A stretch of DNA of 16,000 nt from Alkalimonas collagenimarina (GTDB lineage Bacteria > Pseudomonadota > Gammaproteobacteria > Enterobacterales > Alteromonadaceae), in the NCBI RefSeq assembly GCF_030717845.1, contig NZ_JAUZVZ010000007.1, forward strand, positions 85,693-101,692, given 5' to 3'. The position numbers were made by a program, and so were the translations under genes. The notes under the pieces were generated by a model. That model was not told the origin of the DNA and did no database searches. It saw only the letters and a program-made list of their open reading frames with translations. Of this stretch, positions 8,186 to 15,927 are shown one piece after another. The stretch's first letter is position 1; each line of letters starts with the position of its first letter.

Positions 8186-8218
8186 AACCCGTTGATGGCT
8201 TTAGTGAAGGAACTGCGA

Positions 8219-9463
8219 ATGCGCTTGATGAAGGGATGGTTTCAGCTGGGGCCTGCTACCTTGGTGGCTGCAGCGTTTATTGGGCCCGGAACCGTGGTGA
8301 CGGCCTCTTTGGCGGGGGCTCATTATGGCTATGCACTGGTTTGGGCATTGGTGTTTTCTGTCATTGCTACGCTTATCTTACAAGAAATGGCTTCACGGCT
8401 GGGTATTGTGACTGGCAAAGGCCTGGGTGAAAATCTGCGTGATTTGGTGCAGCAACCGGTGCTGAAGTACAGCTTGTATTTGTTGGTCATTGCCGCCGTT
8501 GTGATTGGAAACAGTGCCTATCAGGGCGGTAATATTACCGGAGCCAGCCTTGGTGCCGATGCGCTCTGGGGAGAGCTCAGTCTCATTCAAGCCATTCGAG
8601 ATAGCACCGGTTTGAACCCCTGGGCACTCATGATAGGTGTGGTCGCCATCCTTGTGTTATGGCAGGGTAATTACCGCTTGATTGAACGCAGCTTGGTAGC
8701 ACTGGTTTTATTGATGAGTATGGCTTTTTTACTCACCATGGTGTTAACCCAGCCTGATCTGTCGGCATTGGTAACCGGGTTAGTGTTCCCGAGTATTCCT
8801 GATGGCGCGACCTTAACCGTTATTGCTCTGATTGGCACCACTGTGGTGCCATATTCACTTTTTTTACATGCGGCAAGTTCAGCTCGTAAATGGCAAGATA
8901 AAACTCATGGGGTAGCTGCGGCCTTAAAAGAATCAAATGCAGATTTACGCACCTCGATCCCATTGGGTGGCTTAATTTCAATTGCGGTGCTATCTACTGC
9001 CGCATCGGCCTATTTTGGTACTAATTTACCAATAGAAGGAGCAGCTGATCTGGCGGTGTCTTTGGAGCCTTTATTTGGCCGAGCCGCAACCTATCTTATG
9101 GCTGTGGGATTACTGGCGGCTGGATTATCGTCAGCAATTACAGCACCTTTAGCCGCCGCTTATGCGCTAAAGGGGATATTGCAGTTAAGCAATGGTGCGT
9201 TTCGCGCGACCTGGTTGCTGATCATTGTGGTTGGAGTGGTCGTGTCATCGCTGGGGCTTAGGCCGGTTTCGGTCATTTGGTTTGCTCAGGTTGCTAACGG
9301 TATCTTATTGCCTGTGATTACGGTCAGTGTATTGTTTGCCGTCAATTCTGAACGGCTAGGCGTTTATAAAAATAGCTGGAAGCAGAATATATTAGGCGGA
9401 CTGGTATTTCTGGCCACTTTGCTGCTCAGTGGTCGAAGTTTGCTGCTGGCATTCACTGCATAG
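8219..9463 (+). CDS. Nramp-family (MntH-like fold) membrane transporter with a non-canonical binding site
   Basis: Aligns by eye to E. coli MntH over its whole length, for example LGPATLVAAAFIGPGTVVTASLAGAHYGYALVW vs [33 protein letters not shown], plus LGIVTGKGL and LLAAGLSSAITAPLA. The ORF opens at TTG 8192 / ATG 8195. I prefer ATG 8219 (MRLMKGWFQLGP) because AAGGA lies 7 nt upstream. Confidence 0.85.
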   Translation: MRLMKGWFQLGPATLVAAAFIGPGTVVTASLAGAHYGYALVWALVFSVIATLILQEMASRLGIVTGKGLGENLRDLVQQPVLKYSLYLLVIAAVVIGNSAYQGGNITGASLGADALWGELSLIQAIRDSTGLNPWALMIGVVAILVLWQGNYRLIERSLVALVLLMSMAFLLTMVLTQPDLSALVTGLVFPSIPDGATLTVIALIGTTVVPYSLFLHAASSARKWQDKTHGVAAALKESNADLRTSIPLGGLISIAVLSTAASAYFGTNLPIEGAADLAVSLEPLFGRAATYLMAVGLLAAGLSSAITAPLAAAYALKGILQLSNGAFRATWLLIIVVGVVVSSLGLRPVSVIWFAQVANGILLPVITVSVLFAVNSERLGVYKNSWKQNILGGLVFLATLLLSGRSLLLAFTA

Positions 9464-9488
9464 TAGGTTTTGGATCATGGAGTGTAAT

Positions 9489-9767
9489 ATGGATTGGATT
9501 AGTTTTGTTGGCATTGTGCCAGCGGTTATTTTCCCGACGGCAACGATGTTGCAAGTTGTGCATTTGCATCGAGTGAAAAACGCCACCGGTGTGTCTGCAT
9601 TAAGTTGGTCAGCTTTTGCGATGGGCAACTTGGCTTTGTATATTTATACAGAAAAATACTTGGAGTGGCAGGCCATGCTTGGCATGCTCGGAACCGCCAT
9701 GTTGCAAGTGTATTTGATCGCATTGATTTTGCACTACCAGAAAAAAAGCAGACTCACATCGACTTAG
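9489..9767 (+). CDS. SemiSWEET-like / PQ-loop 3-TM membrane protein
   Basis: 92 aa with three TM helices. The region TATMLQVVHLHRVKNATGVSALSW aligns with the PQ-loop region of E. coli SemiSWEET (FAFAPQSIKTIRTRNTEGISVVMY). GGAG lies 6 nt upstream of ATG 9489. The track ORF start at 9429 would overlap the Nramp gene and adds non-membrane residues. Confidence 0.6.
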   Translation: MDWISFVGIVPAVIFPTATMLQVVHLHRVKNATGVSALSWSAFAMGNLALYIYTEKYLEWQAMLGMLGTAMLQVYLIALILHYQKKSRLTST

Positions 9768-10105
9768 TCAACAGGCTCTGGTTCCATGACGCCCCAGCCA
9801 TCATTATGGCCGGCAAATTTGCGCGCGAACTCGTCCAACTCTTTTTCTAGCAGGTTAATGGCTTCATAGCTTGGGATCATGTCGATGGTGATTTTAATTT
9901 CCCATTGATTGGCTGGGTTGCAGTACAAGCTCACTGACTCTTTGGGGTATTTACTGATCAGTGCTTGCTCAGCACGCTCTGCTTTTTCTTGACGCTTAAA
10001 TATCAAGTAAAAATCCAGCGTCATCGTTTGTGACAAATCTAGGCCAGCTTCGGTCAGAGCCTGCAGCATATCGCCATTCGCATCATCTGGAAATTGTATC
10101 ATCAT
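9764..10105 (-). CDS. RraB-family protein (regulator of ribonuclease activity B-like domain)
   Basis: 113 aa and acidic. The pattern DANGDMLQALTEAGLDLSQTMTLDFYLIF...AERAEQAL...EKELDEFARKFAGHNDGWGV matches the RraB-domain layout (E. coli RraB ...LAEKFDVEYDGWGT). Confidence 0.65.
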   Translation of the reverse strand: MMIQFPDDANGDMLQALTEAGLDLSQTMTLDFYLIFKRQEKAERAEQALISKYPKESVSLYCNPANQWEIKITIDMIPSYEAINLLEKELDEFARKFAGHNDGWGVMEPEPVD

Positions 10106-10221
10106 TGGATCTCAGCAAAGCGTTTTAAAGTCCGCAAGCGTGCTCTCTGGAGGTAGCATCGTTGGCGGTATGGTGACGCTATGATACCATAGACGCTGAG
10201 AAAATTGATGCGAGTCTTGCC

Positions 10222-10626
10222 ATGAAGTGGTTTATTGTTTTACTTGCCAGCGGTCAGTTGCTAATTGCTGGTTTTAGCCATGCTTACACCTCACAATCTG
10301 AAAGTCTCGAAGTGATTATGAAAAGCTTTTCTTTTGAGTATCGGCAGGCGGTAGAAAGTGAATCCTCCGAAAACCGACTGCAGCATGTTCATCAGATGCA
10401 AAAGAAAATTAATGCCGCGATGCAGGCTCCACTAAGAGATGATAAAGCTGAGCAGTTTTTGCAAGGTTTTCATAAGGTTGCTGCGGTATTGGAGCAGGTT
10501 GAGCAAGCGGTAATGGCCGGCAATCATCAACTTGCAGATGAAAAGCTGGTCAAAATCGACCAGCTCCGTATTGAATACCATCGTTTACGTAAGCGCAGTA
10601 TTTGGCAATTGTTGTTTGGCCGATAA
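10222..10626 (+). CDS. cytochrome b562-family protein (periplasmic four-helix bundle)
   Basis: A signal peptide is present (MKWFIVLLASGQLLIAGFSHA/Y). SLEVIMKSF aligns with E. coli DLEDNMETL (Met heme ligand), and FLQGFHKVAAVLEQVEQAV...QLRIEYHRLRKR aligns with FRHGFDILVGQIDDAL...TTRNAYHQKYR (His heme ligand). Confidence 0.72.
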   Translation: MKWFIVLLASGQLLIAGFSHAYTSQSESLEVIMKSFSFEYRQAVESESSENRLQHVHQMQKKINAAMQAPLRDDKAEQFLQGFHKVAAVLEQVEQAVMAGNHQLADEKLVKIDQLRIEYHRLRKRSIWQLLFGR

Positions 10627-10628
10627 AG

Positions 10629-10649
10629 GGTAAAACAGGCATTTTTACC
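10629..10649. terminator. weak hairpin between convergent genes (GGTAAAA-caggcat-TTTTACC)
   Basis: A 7-bp perfect inverted repeat (10629..10635 / 10643..10649) with a 7-nt loop lies in the 35-nt gap between the cyt b562-like stop and the YccF stop. The stem is AT-rich and there is no clear U-tract, so intrinsic-terminator function is uncertain. Confidence 0.3.
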
Positions 10650-10661
10650 GCGCGACTTATT

Positions 10662-11075
10662 TTATCGTGCTACTTTGGAAACAATGGTTTTACCGATAGG
10701 CGCTGGAGTCAGCATCGCTAGTTTCAGATGCTGTAAACCAAACGGGATACCAATGATAGTGATAAAGTAAGCCAGTGCTAAGAATAGGTGCCCGATAGCC
10801 AACCAAATACCGAACAATACAAACCAGATGATATTGCCCAAGGTGCCGAGACCTCCGGTACCAATATCGTCCTGACCATTAAGAAGTCTCCGATGCGCAA
10901 CATCTTGGCCAAAGGGCCAGATAGCCAGTTCACCAATAACAAAGCAGCTGCGAGCAAAGGGGATGCCGATAATGCTGACACAGCATACTATACCCACCAA
11001 CCACCAGAGCAGCCCCATAATTAAGCCACCACATAGCAGCCAGATCAGATTAAATATCAGTCGAAGTACGCTCAT
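10662..11075 (-). CDS. yccF: YccF-family inner membrane protein
   Basis: Aligns with E. coli YccF: MSVLRLIFNLIWLLCGG vs MRTVLNILNFVLGG. The YccF repeat IIGIPF appears twice (IIGIPFARSC, IIGIPFGLQHLK). I place the start at ATG 11075, where AAGGA lies 7 nt upstream. The track ORF start at 11126 adds 17 non-homologous residues. Confidence 0.85.
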   Translation of the reverse strand: MSVLRLIFNLIWLLCGGLIMGLLWWLVGIVCCVSIIGIPFARSCFVIGELAIWPFGQDVAHRRLLNGQDDIGTGGLGTLGNIIWFVLFGIWLAIGHLFLALAYFITIIGIPFGLQHLKLAMLTPAPIGKTIVSKVAR

Positions 11076-11203
11076 GCTAAAGTCCTTGAAAGTTTTTATA
11101 ATAGTTATGAAATAAGCAAAAAACACTCCAGATTTGTAAGTTTATGATTTTAAAGTGATCCAATAAATATGCAACGCTGTTTAATGATAAAATACACTGA
11201 AAG

Positions 11204-11824
11204 TTGGCGAAAATCACCATGATGGAAGTAACGACTCAGCTTCGGGAGCAAATCCGAGCGATAGCCTTTGACTTGGATGGTACCTTGGTCCATAGCGCTT
11301 TGGATTTCACCGCTATTCGGCACGAGCTTAATTGGCCCGCCGACACGGATTTACTGCAACGATTGCAAGCGATAGACAGTGAGCATGAACGTGCAATGGC
11401 AGATGCAGTGATCCGTCGGCATGAAATGGAAGCTGCACACAAGTCATATATACTGCCTGGTGTACTGCGTTGTTTGGCACAACTGCAACAACAGCAGATC
11501 CCAACCGCTATTTTGACACGCAATATGCGTCAGGCAACGATGCATATGCTTGAGCGGCTGCAGATCCCAATTCAATTGGTTCTGACAAGAGAAGACTGTG
11601 CTGCCAAGCCAGATCCAGCAGGGTTGTTTAAAATCGCTGAACATTTTTCAGTGGCTCCTTCAGAGCTTTTGTACATAGGTGATTATCACTTCGATTTAAC
11701 CACAGCGGCTAATGCAGGTGCTGTTTCCTGTCTTTTACTAAATGAGCAGAATCATCAATTCGCCAGTATGGCCGATTGGGTCATGACGGACTATGACTCT
11801 CTGGCCAGAGCTCTGATAAGTTAA
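11204..11824 (+). CDS. HAD-superfamily hydrolase (phosphatase, subfamily IA-like)
   Basis: HAD motif I is AFDLDGTLV (D at 11270..11272). Motif II is TAILTRN. Motifs III/IV are AAKPDP ... YIGDYHFDLTTAANAG. The track start is TTG 11204, and ATG 11219/11222 (MMEVTTQ) are alternatives. Confidence 0.85.
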   Translation: MAKITMMEVTTQLREQIRAIAFDLDGTLVHSALDFTAIRHELNWPADTDLLQRLQAIDSEHERAMADAVIRRHEMEAAHKSYILPGVLRCLAQLQQQQIPTAILTRNMRQATMHMLERLQIPIQLVLTREDCAAKPDPAGLFKIAEHFSVAPSELLYIGDYHFDLTTAANAGAVSCLLLNEQNHQFASMADWVMTDYDSLARALIS

Positions 11825-11844
11825 GCTTGCAATCGCCTTGCGTC

Positions 11845-11863
11845 AGCCTCTATATTAGAGGCT
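11845..11863 (+). other. stem-loop AGCCTCTA-tat-TAGAGGCT in the HAD/GGDEF intergenic region
   Basis: An 8-bp perfect inverted repeat followed by AAAAAATT, with no T-run on the + strand. It is not a canonical intrinsic terminator for the upstream + strand gene. Confidence 0.25.
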
Positions 11864-11888
11864 AAAAAATTAGACAGCGGGGCGATAA

Positions 11889-12938
11889 GTGCTACAACGA
11901 TTAAAGCAAGATTTTCATCTGGCTATGTTGACTTTAGTGGGCTTGATTGTACTGGTTTGTGTCACCCCCTTCGCAATTTATCGTTATTTTGATGGAAGTT
12001 ATCTCATCGCCATAGTGGATGGTATTTTGGTCGTCTCGACCAGCAGTGCTGTCGCTTATGCTTGGTATACCAAACAAACTAAGGGTGCTGGCTTTTTTGT
12101 GGCCTGCCTTTTTTGTGCTGGCTTTGTGTTGGTGGCGACCGGATTAGGACCCGCTGGTCTATTCTGGATTTTCCCCTTTATAGTGTTTATTTTCTTTTTA
12201 GTGCCACCTTTGCGAGCATTGTTGCTGTTACTGCTGGTGCTGGTTAGCATGTTGACCATCACCGGTTTTTTTCCCGAACTTATTTTTGCTGATCGTTTTC
12301 AAATGATATCTTTTATTGTCACCAGTGCCGTTACCAGCTTCTTTTCTTATGTCTTTGCCTACCGTACGTTGCTGCAGCGACGTTTGCTCGAGCAGATGGC
12401 TGCTGTTGATGCATTAACCGGAGCAGCAAATCGTAGACAATTAGATCATGCGCTGCAATTTGCTGCACGTCATCTACCCGCAAAGCAGCCCAATCCAGCA
12501 GCATTGCTCTTGCTTGATTTGGATCATTTCAAGCTAATAAATGACACTGAAGGCCATCAAGCAGGCGACCTCATTTTAATTGAACTGGTGACGTTACTAG
12601 AACAACATACTCGGCCTGCAGATCAGGTGTTTCGATTTGGTGGTGAGGAGTTTGTTGTGTTATTGGAAGGGGTCACCGCAGAAGAGGCTCGGAGTGTTGC
12701 AGACAAGTTACGTCAACTTATTGCTGATAACTTAAGTTCTACAGAGCGAAAAGTAACGGCATCCGTTGGTGTAGCGTCATTATTGGTGGATGAGAATTGG
12801 GAGCAATGGTTATCCAGAGCCGACATGGCCTTGTATCAGGCTAAATCTCAAGGCCGCAATTGTGTGGTTATGGCGGCAGGGTCGGACACTCCTGCTGCAG
12901 CAAATGAGGTTGAAGTAACGGTTCCATACTCTTCATGA
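11889..12938 (+). CDS. membrane-anchored diguanylate cyclase (multi-TM N-terminal domain plus GGDEF)
   Basis: The N-terminal ~160 aa are strongly hydrophobic (about 5-6 TM helices). VDALTGAANRRQL opens the GGDEF domain. GGEEF is at 12639..12653, with an RxxD I-site 5 residues upstream (RPAD-QVFRF-GGEEF), and YQAKSQGRNCV lies near the end. The start is a GTG, so it is uncertain. Confidence 0.85.
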   Translation: MLQRLKQDFHLAMLTLVGLIVLVCVTPFAIYRYFDGSYLIAIVDGILVVSTSSAVAYAWYTKQTKGAGFFVACLFCAGFVLVATGLGPAGLFWIFPFIVFIFFLVPPLRALLLLLLVLVSMLTITGFFPELIFADRFQMISFIVTSAVTSFFSYVFAYRTLLQRRLLEQMAAVDALTGAANRRQLDHALQFAARHLPAKQPNPAALLLLDLDHFKLINDTEGHQAGDLILIELVTLLEQHTRPADQVFRFGGEEFVVLLEGVTAEEARSVADKLRQLIADNLSSTERKVTASVGVASLLVDENWEQWLSRADMALYQAKSQGRNCVVMAAGSDTPAAANEVEVTVPYSS

Positions 12939-15927
12939 CTTGAACCGGTAGGGCTGAGGTAAAACTAAATTGTTCGGAGTCTGCCCCGGCGACATAGGCT
13001 GTTATGGTGCCATAGTAATTTTCACCAAGGAAAAAAACAAAGGTAGCGGTTCTGTTGATAGCTTGGTGATTGACGCGTTGCCCACGCTGATCCACGGTTG
13101 TAATGCGATTATCACCAGTGCCTGTTTTTCCTCCTGTTATCCCTAACTGTTGATAGGCGCCTTGTAATCGTCTGGCGGTACCATCGCGAACCACTTCGCT
13201 AAGCACCCATTGCAACTTACGTGCGACTTCGGGTTCCATCACCCGAACCCCTTGAGGTGCAGCATAGTGCCAATGTGTTTCGTACGGGGTTTGCTCTGCA
13301 AACCGAAGTTGCTCCAGTCGCTGTGGAGGAAAACGAACGCCATCGTTGATGATTACCGACATGAGATCAGTGAGTGCTGCGGGTCGATCTCCTGAACTGC
13401 CTAGTGCAGTGGCCAATGAAGGAACCAGATAATCAAACGGATAACCTAATTGTTGCCAACGATAGTGCAGGTCCCAAAAGGCCTCAATTTCCAACATAAT
13501 ACCAATGCGGTTATCTCGTGCACTACGGTGGCGAGTTCGAAAAAGCCATTGATAAACATCTTGGCGCTGCTGTTTGCTATGAGTCAATATATCGACCCAA
13601 CTGCTGTTCGGATGTTTATTCAAATAACCGACTAACCAGAGCTCTAATGGATGCACTCGGGCAGCATACGCTTGATCTGGCAAGCTTAGTTGTCGGCCAG
13701 ACAGGTTTTGATGCAAGCGTCGTAGCTCAGCATCTGACACTGCTGTGCTGGTGTACTGCTCAATAAATCGGTAAAGCTGTTGCTCAGTTGCATTCGGTTC
13801 CATCCACAGATACACCGCAGCGACTCGGGCGGGGCGTTGGTGTTGTGATTGCAATAAAAGTTGCAGTCGTTGCTCTGGCTGCAGTGAGCGATGCTTGCGC
13901 CAAAACTGTTGCAGGTAATCGGCTCCTTCACGATCTGCAAAATTAGCCAGATACAGTGCCCGTCGATTGTCATCGTCATTTTCCATGAGGTGATGCCCCT
14001 GAGTATCTTTGTGGTAAATACTGTAATTGATGATATCTGCCAGTAAACGCACAAAGGGCAAGTTGATAGACTCTTGTGTGGCTTCGAGTATGGTCGGTTC
14101 ACGTTGGTTATCTGCCGCCATGAAGTTGCTAAAACTATGCAAGCCGCCACCGGTAAAAAAGCTTTCAGAAGGGTTGGCGCTATAACGCCGTTGCAGTGCT
14201 TGATCCAGCAGAGTATCGAGATCAACACCCGGTTGCACCAGTAATTGATCGATCAGCCAACGACTTAGCTTATCCTGAGCCGCAATATCCAATAACTGCA
14301 GTTGCTCAGTCGGCTCATCGCCGTAGCGCTGATAAAGCTCGGCGATGATTTCAAGATAGGTGGCTAATACTCTGAGTTTGGCAGTGGAGCCTAGCTCCAA
14401 CTTACTTTGATCATTCAAGTCAAAAGCACGCTCAGAGGTGTCGGTTTGCACCCGAAGCTGAGGACCTTGTTCTGTTCGTTGATACAAGACGAGTGAATAA
14501 TGAACCTGCTCAGCCTGAGATTTTGATAGTAAACGGTGACCCACCAAGTGATGTGTGCTTGCATGTTCAGGTTGACGCAACGTTTGCAAAAATTGGCTGA
14601 CTTGTCGCTGTAAGCGGATATCAAGGGTGCTTTGTGCGGTTAGATCCAGTCGCTCTAATTCATAAGGGGCTAAGCCGAGCAATGGAGTTAACTGCTGACG
14701 GACCAGAGTGGTTGCTTTTTGATCTTGATTAAAAGGAGTACCTTGCCAGCCTGGGGTGATGAATTGCAGGGAGGTGTTTGTAGCCGCGTTGTACAAGGAT
14801 GCATTGATCACACCATCCGATGCGAGTAGTTGCAGGTAGGCATCAATAAACTGCTCCAAGGATTCACGCCCTTGCAGTAAGTAATACGATGGGCGTCTTT
14901 GCGCAATAATCAATGCAAGGACTTGTCGCAGTGCCAGACCTGTTTCCTCATTGATGTGATCTGGTGATTGCATCAGCAACTGGCTTACGTGTTGATAATC
15001 GGCACCAAACCAAGCCCAGAGTCCATCGGCCATGCCATGGACTTCGCCAAAGCCCGGGGCCGCGGCCAGTGGTACTGTATTGATGTAATGATGCAATAGC
15101 TGTTGTCGCTGCTTTATGGTAACAGGGCTTTGCTGATAAGCTCTGACGCTAGCAGAGACCATTTGATGAAACTTGTCTTTCAGGCTGTTGGTGCGACCTG
15201 CTGGTGAGTGACGATATTTTTCCAGCTGTGTAGCCAGAGTGCTGCCGCCTCCACTGGCTGAATCGCCACCAACTTGTTGTTTTAGTTGGTTGAACAAAGC
15301 AACACCAAGCCGGGGCCACTCAATAGCTGGGTTGTGGTAGGGGGATTGTGCATCAAGCAACGATTTATTTTCGATATACGCCAGCAGCTGTTGCATTAAC
15401 GGCGCAATATCATCAATGGTTTGGTAGTGTCGTTGCGGGTATTGAAACTGAAATAATATCTCGTTGCGGCAATCCTCCAGCACCAAGCCGGTTTGCTGCT
15501 TTTCAGGGTAGGGGGGGTAAAAGCCCAATGCACTGAATCGTTGTAAAGCGTCGGAAAACTGTGTTTGCCGGGCCAGAACAAAACCTTGTTCAGTCAGTTG
15601 AGGCTGCCAAGTACCGATTTTACTGTATCCTCGTTGCAGGTTATAAGGACCATTCCGGGGATAAATTACGTTGTCGGATGGTGTGCTCTGCAACGTATAG
15701 GTTAATCGTTGTCCGTAGGCATGCAGGATTGTCGCTTGATAAAAGCTGGTTTTTATTTCCTGCCATATCAAGACGCCGGTTAACAGCAGCGCAACCATCA
15801 TTAGCCACGGCCACCAACGGCGACTTGGTTTGGCTCTGGTCACGGAACGTTCATCGGCATGACCAGAAAAATCCTTGCGCTTAAGCAAAGGAGCCGAACC
15901 AAACTTAGGCTCAATCCTGGGACTCAT
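12868..15927 (-). CDS. class-A penicillin-binding-protein-like protein (divergent GT51 transglycosylase plus transpeptidase motifs) with large insertions
   Basis: 1019 aa with an N-terminal TM anchor (WWPWLMMVALLLTGVLIW). GT51-like motifs are YIENKSL (E186), GGGSTLATQLEKY, LKDKFHQMVSAS, LLHHYINTVPL and EVHGMADGLWAWFG. Transpeptidase motifs are GSTAK (S514 at 14388..14386), HSFSNF...ESINLPFVRL (S620-x-N) and GGKTGTGDN (K934 at 13128..13126). Confidence 0.8.
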   Translation of the reverse strand: MSPRIEPKFGSAPLLKRKDFSGHADERSVTRAKPSRRWWPWLMMVALLLTGVLIWQEIKTSFYQATILHAYGQRLTYTLQSTPSDNVIYPRNGPYNLQRGYSKIGTWQPQLTEQGFVLARQTQFSDALQRFSALGFYPPYPEKQQTGLVLEDCRNEILFQFQYPQRHYQTIDDIAPLMQQLLAYIENKSLLDAQSPYHNPAIEWPRLGVALFNQLKQQVGGDSASGGGSTLATQLEKYRHSPAGRTNSLKDKFHQMVSASVRAYQQSPVTIKQRQQLLHHYINTVPLAAAPGFGEVHGMADGLWAWFGADYQHVSQLLMQSPDHINEETGLALRQVLALIIAQRRPSYYLLQGRESLEQFIDAYLQLLASDGVINASLYNAATNTSLQFITPGWQGTPFNQDQKATTLVRQQLTPLLGLAPYELERLDLTAQSTLDIRLQRQVSQFLQTLRQPEHASTHHLVGHRLLSKSQAEQVHYSLVLYQRTEQGPQLRVQTDTSERAFDLNDQSKLELGSTAKLRVLATYLEIIAELYQRYGDEPTEQLQLLDIAAQDKLSRWLIDQLLVQPGVDLDTLLDQALQRRYSANPSESFFTGGGLHSFSNFMAADNQREPTILEATQESINLPFVRLLADIINYSIYHKDTQGHHLMENDDDNRRALYLANFADREGADYLQQFWRKHRSLQPEQRLQLLLQSQHQRPARVAAVYLWMEPNATEQQLYRFIEQYTSTAVSDAELRRLHQNLSGRQLSLPDQAYAARVHPLELWLVGYLNKHPNSSWVDILTHSKQQRQDVYQWLFRTRHRSARDNRIGIMLEIEAFWDLHYRWQQLGYPFDYLVPSLATALGSSGDRPAALTDLMSVIINDGVRFPPQRLEQLRFAEQTPYETHWHYAAPQGVRVMEPEVARKLQWVLSEVVRDGTARRLQGAYQQLGITGGKTGTGDNRITTVDQRGQRVNHQAINRTATFVFFLGENYYGTITAYVAGADSEQFSFTSALPVQVMKSMEPLLQPHLLQQECPTLPP

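Noticed and set aside
8177-8195. TGGCAT as a sigma54 -24 element
   Set aside because: There is no TTGC-type -12 element at the required spacing downstream (the sequence reads TGGCATACTAACCCGTTG).
8076-8218. Mn riboswitch, Fur box or MntR box upstream of the Nramp-like gene
   Set aside because: I could not find the conserved GGGGAGTAG-type yybP-ykoY core, a GATAATGATAATCATTATC-like Fur box, or the E. coli MntR palindrome. The leader is also short.
9429-9488. Upstream extension of the SemiSWEET-like ORF (MVEVCCWHSLHSRFWIMECN)
   Set aside because: It would overlap the Nramp-like gene's 3' end by 35 nt and adds non-membrane, Cys/Trp-rich residues. The internal ATG at 9489 has a GGAG SD at ideal spacing.
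11845-11863. Stem-loop as a rho-independent terminator of the HAD gene
   Set aside because: The hairpin is followed by an A-run rather than a T-run on the + strand, and no minus strand gene would use it. I kept it only as an unexplained stem-loop feature.
13686-14228. 180-aa same-strand alternative-frame ORF inside the PBP-like gene
   Set aside because: It is a Cys-rich sequence with no motifs, embedded in a region where the main frame carries clear PBP motifs (HSFSNF, ESINLPF). It is most likely a chance open frame.
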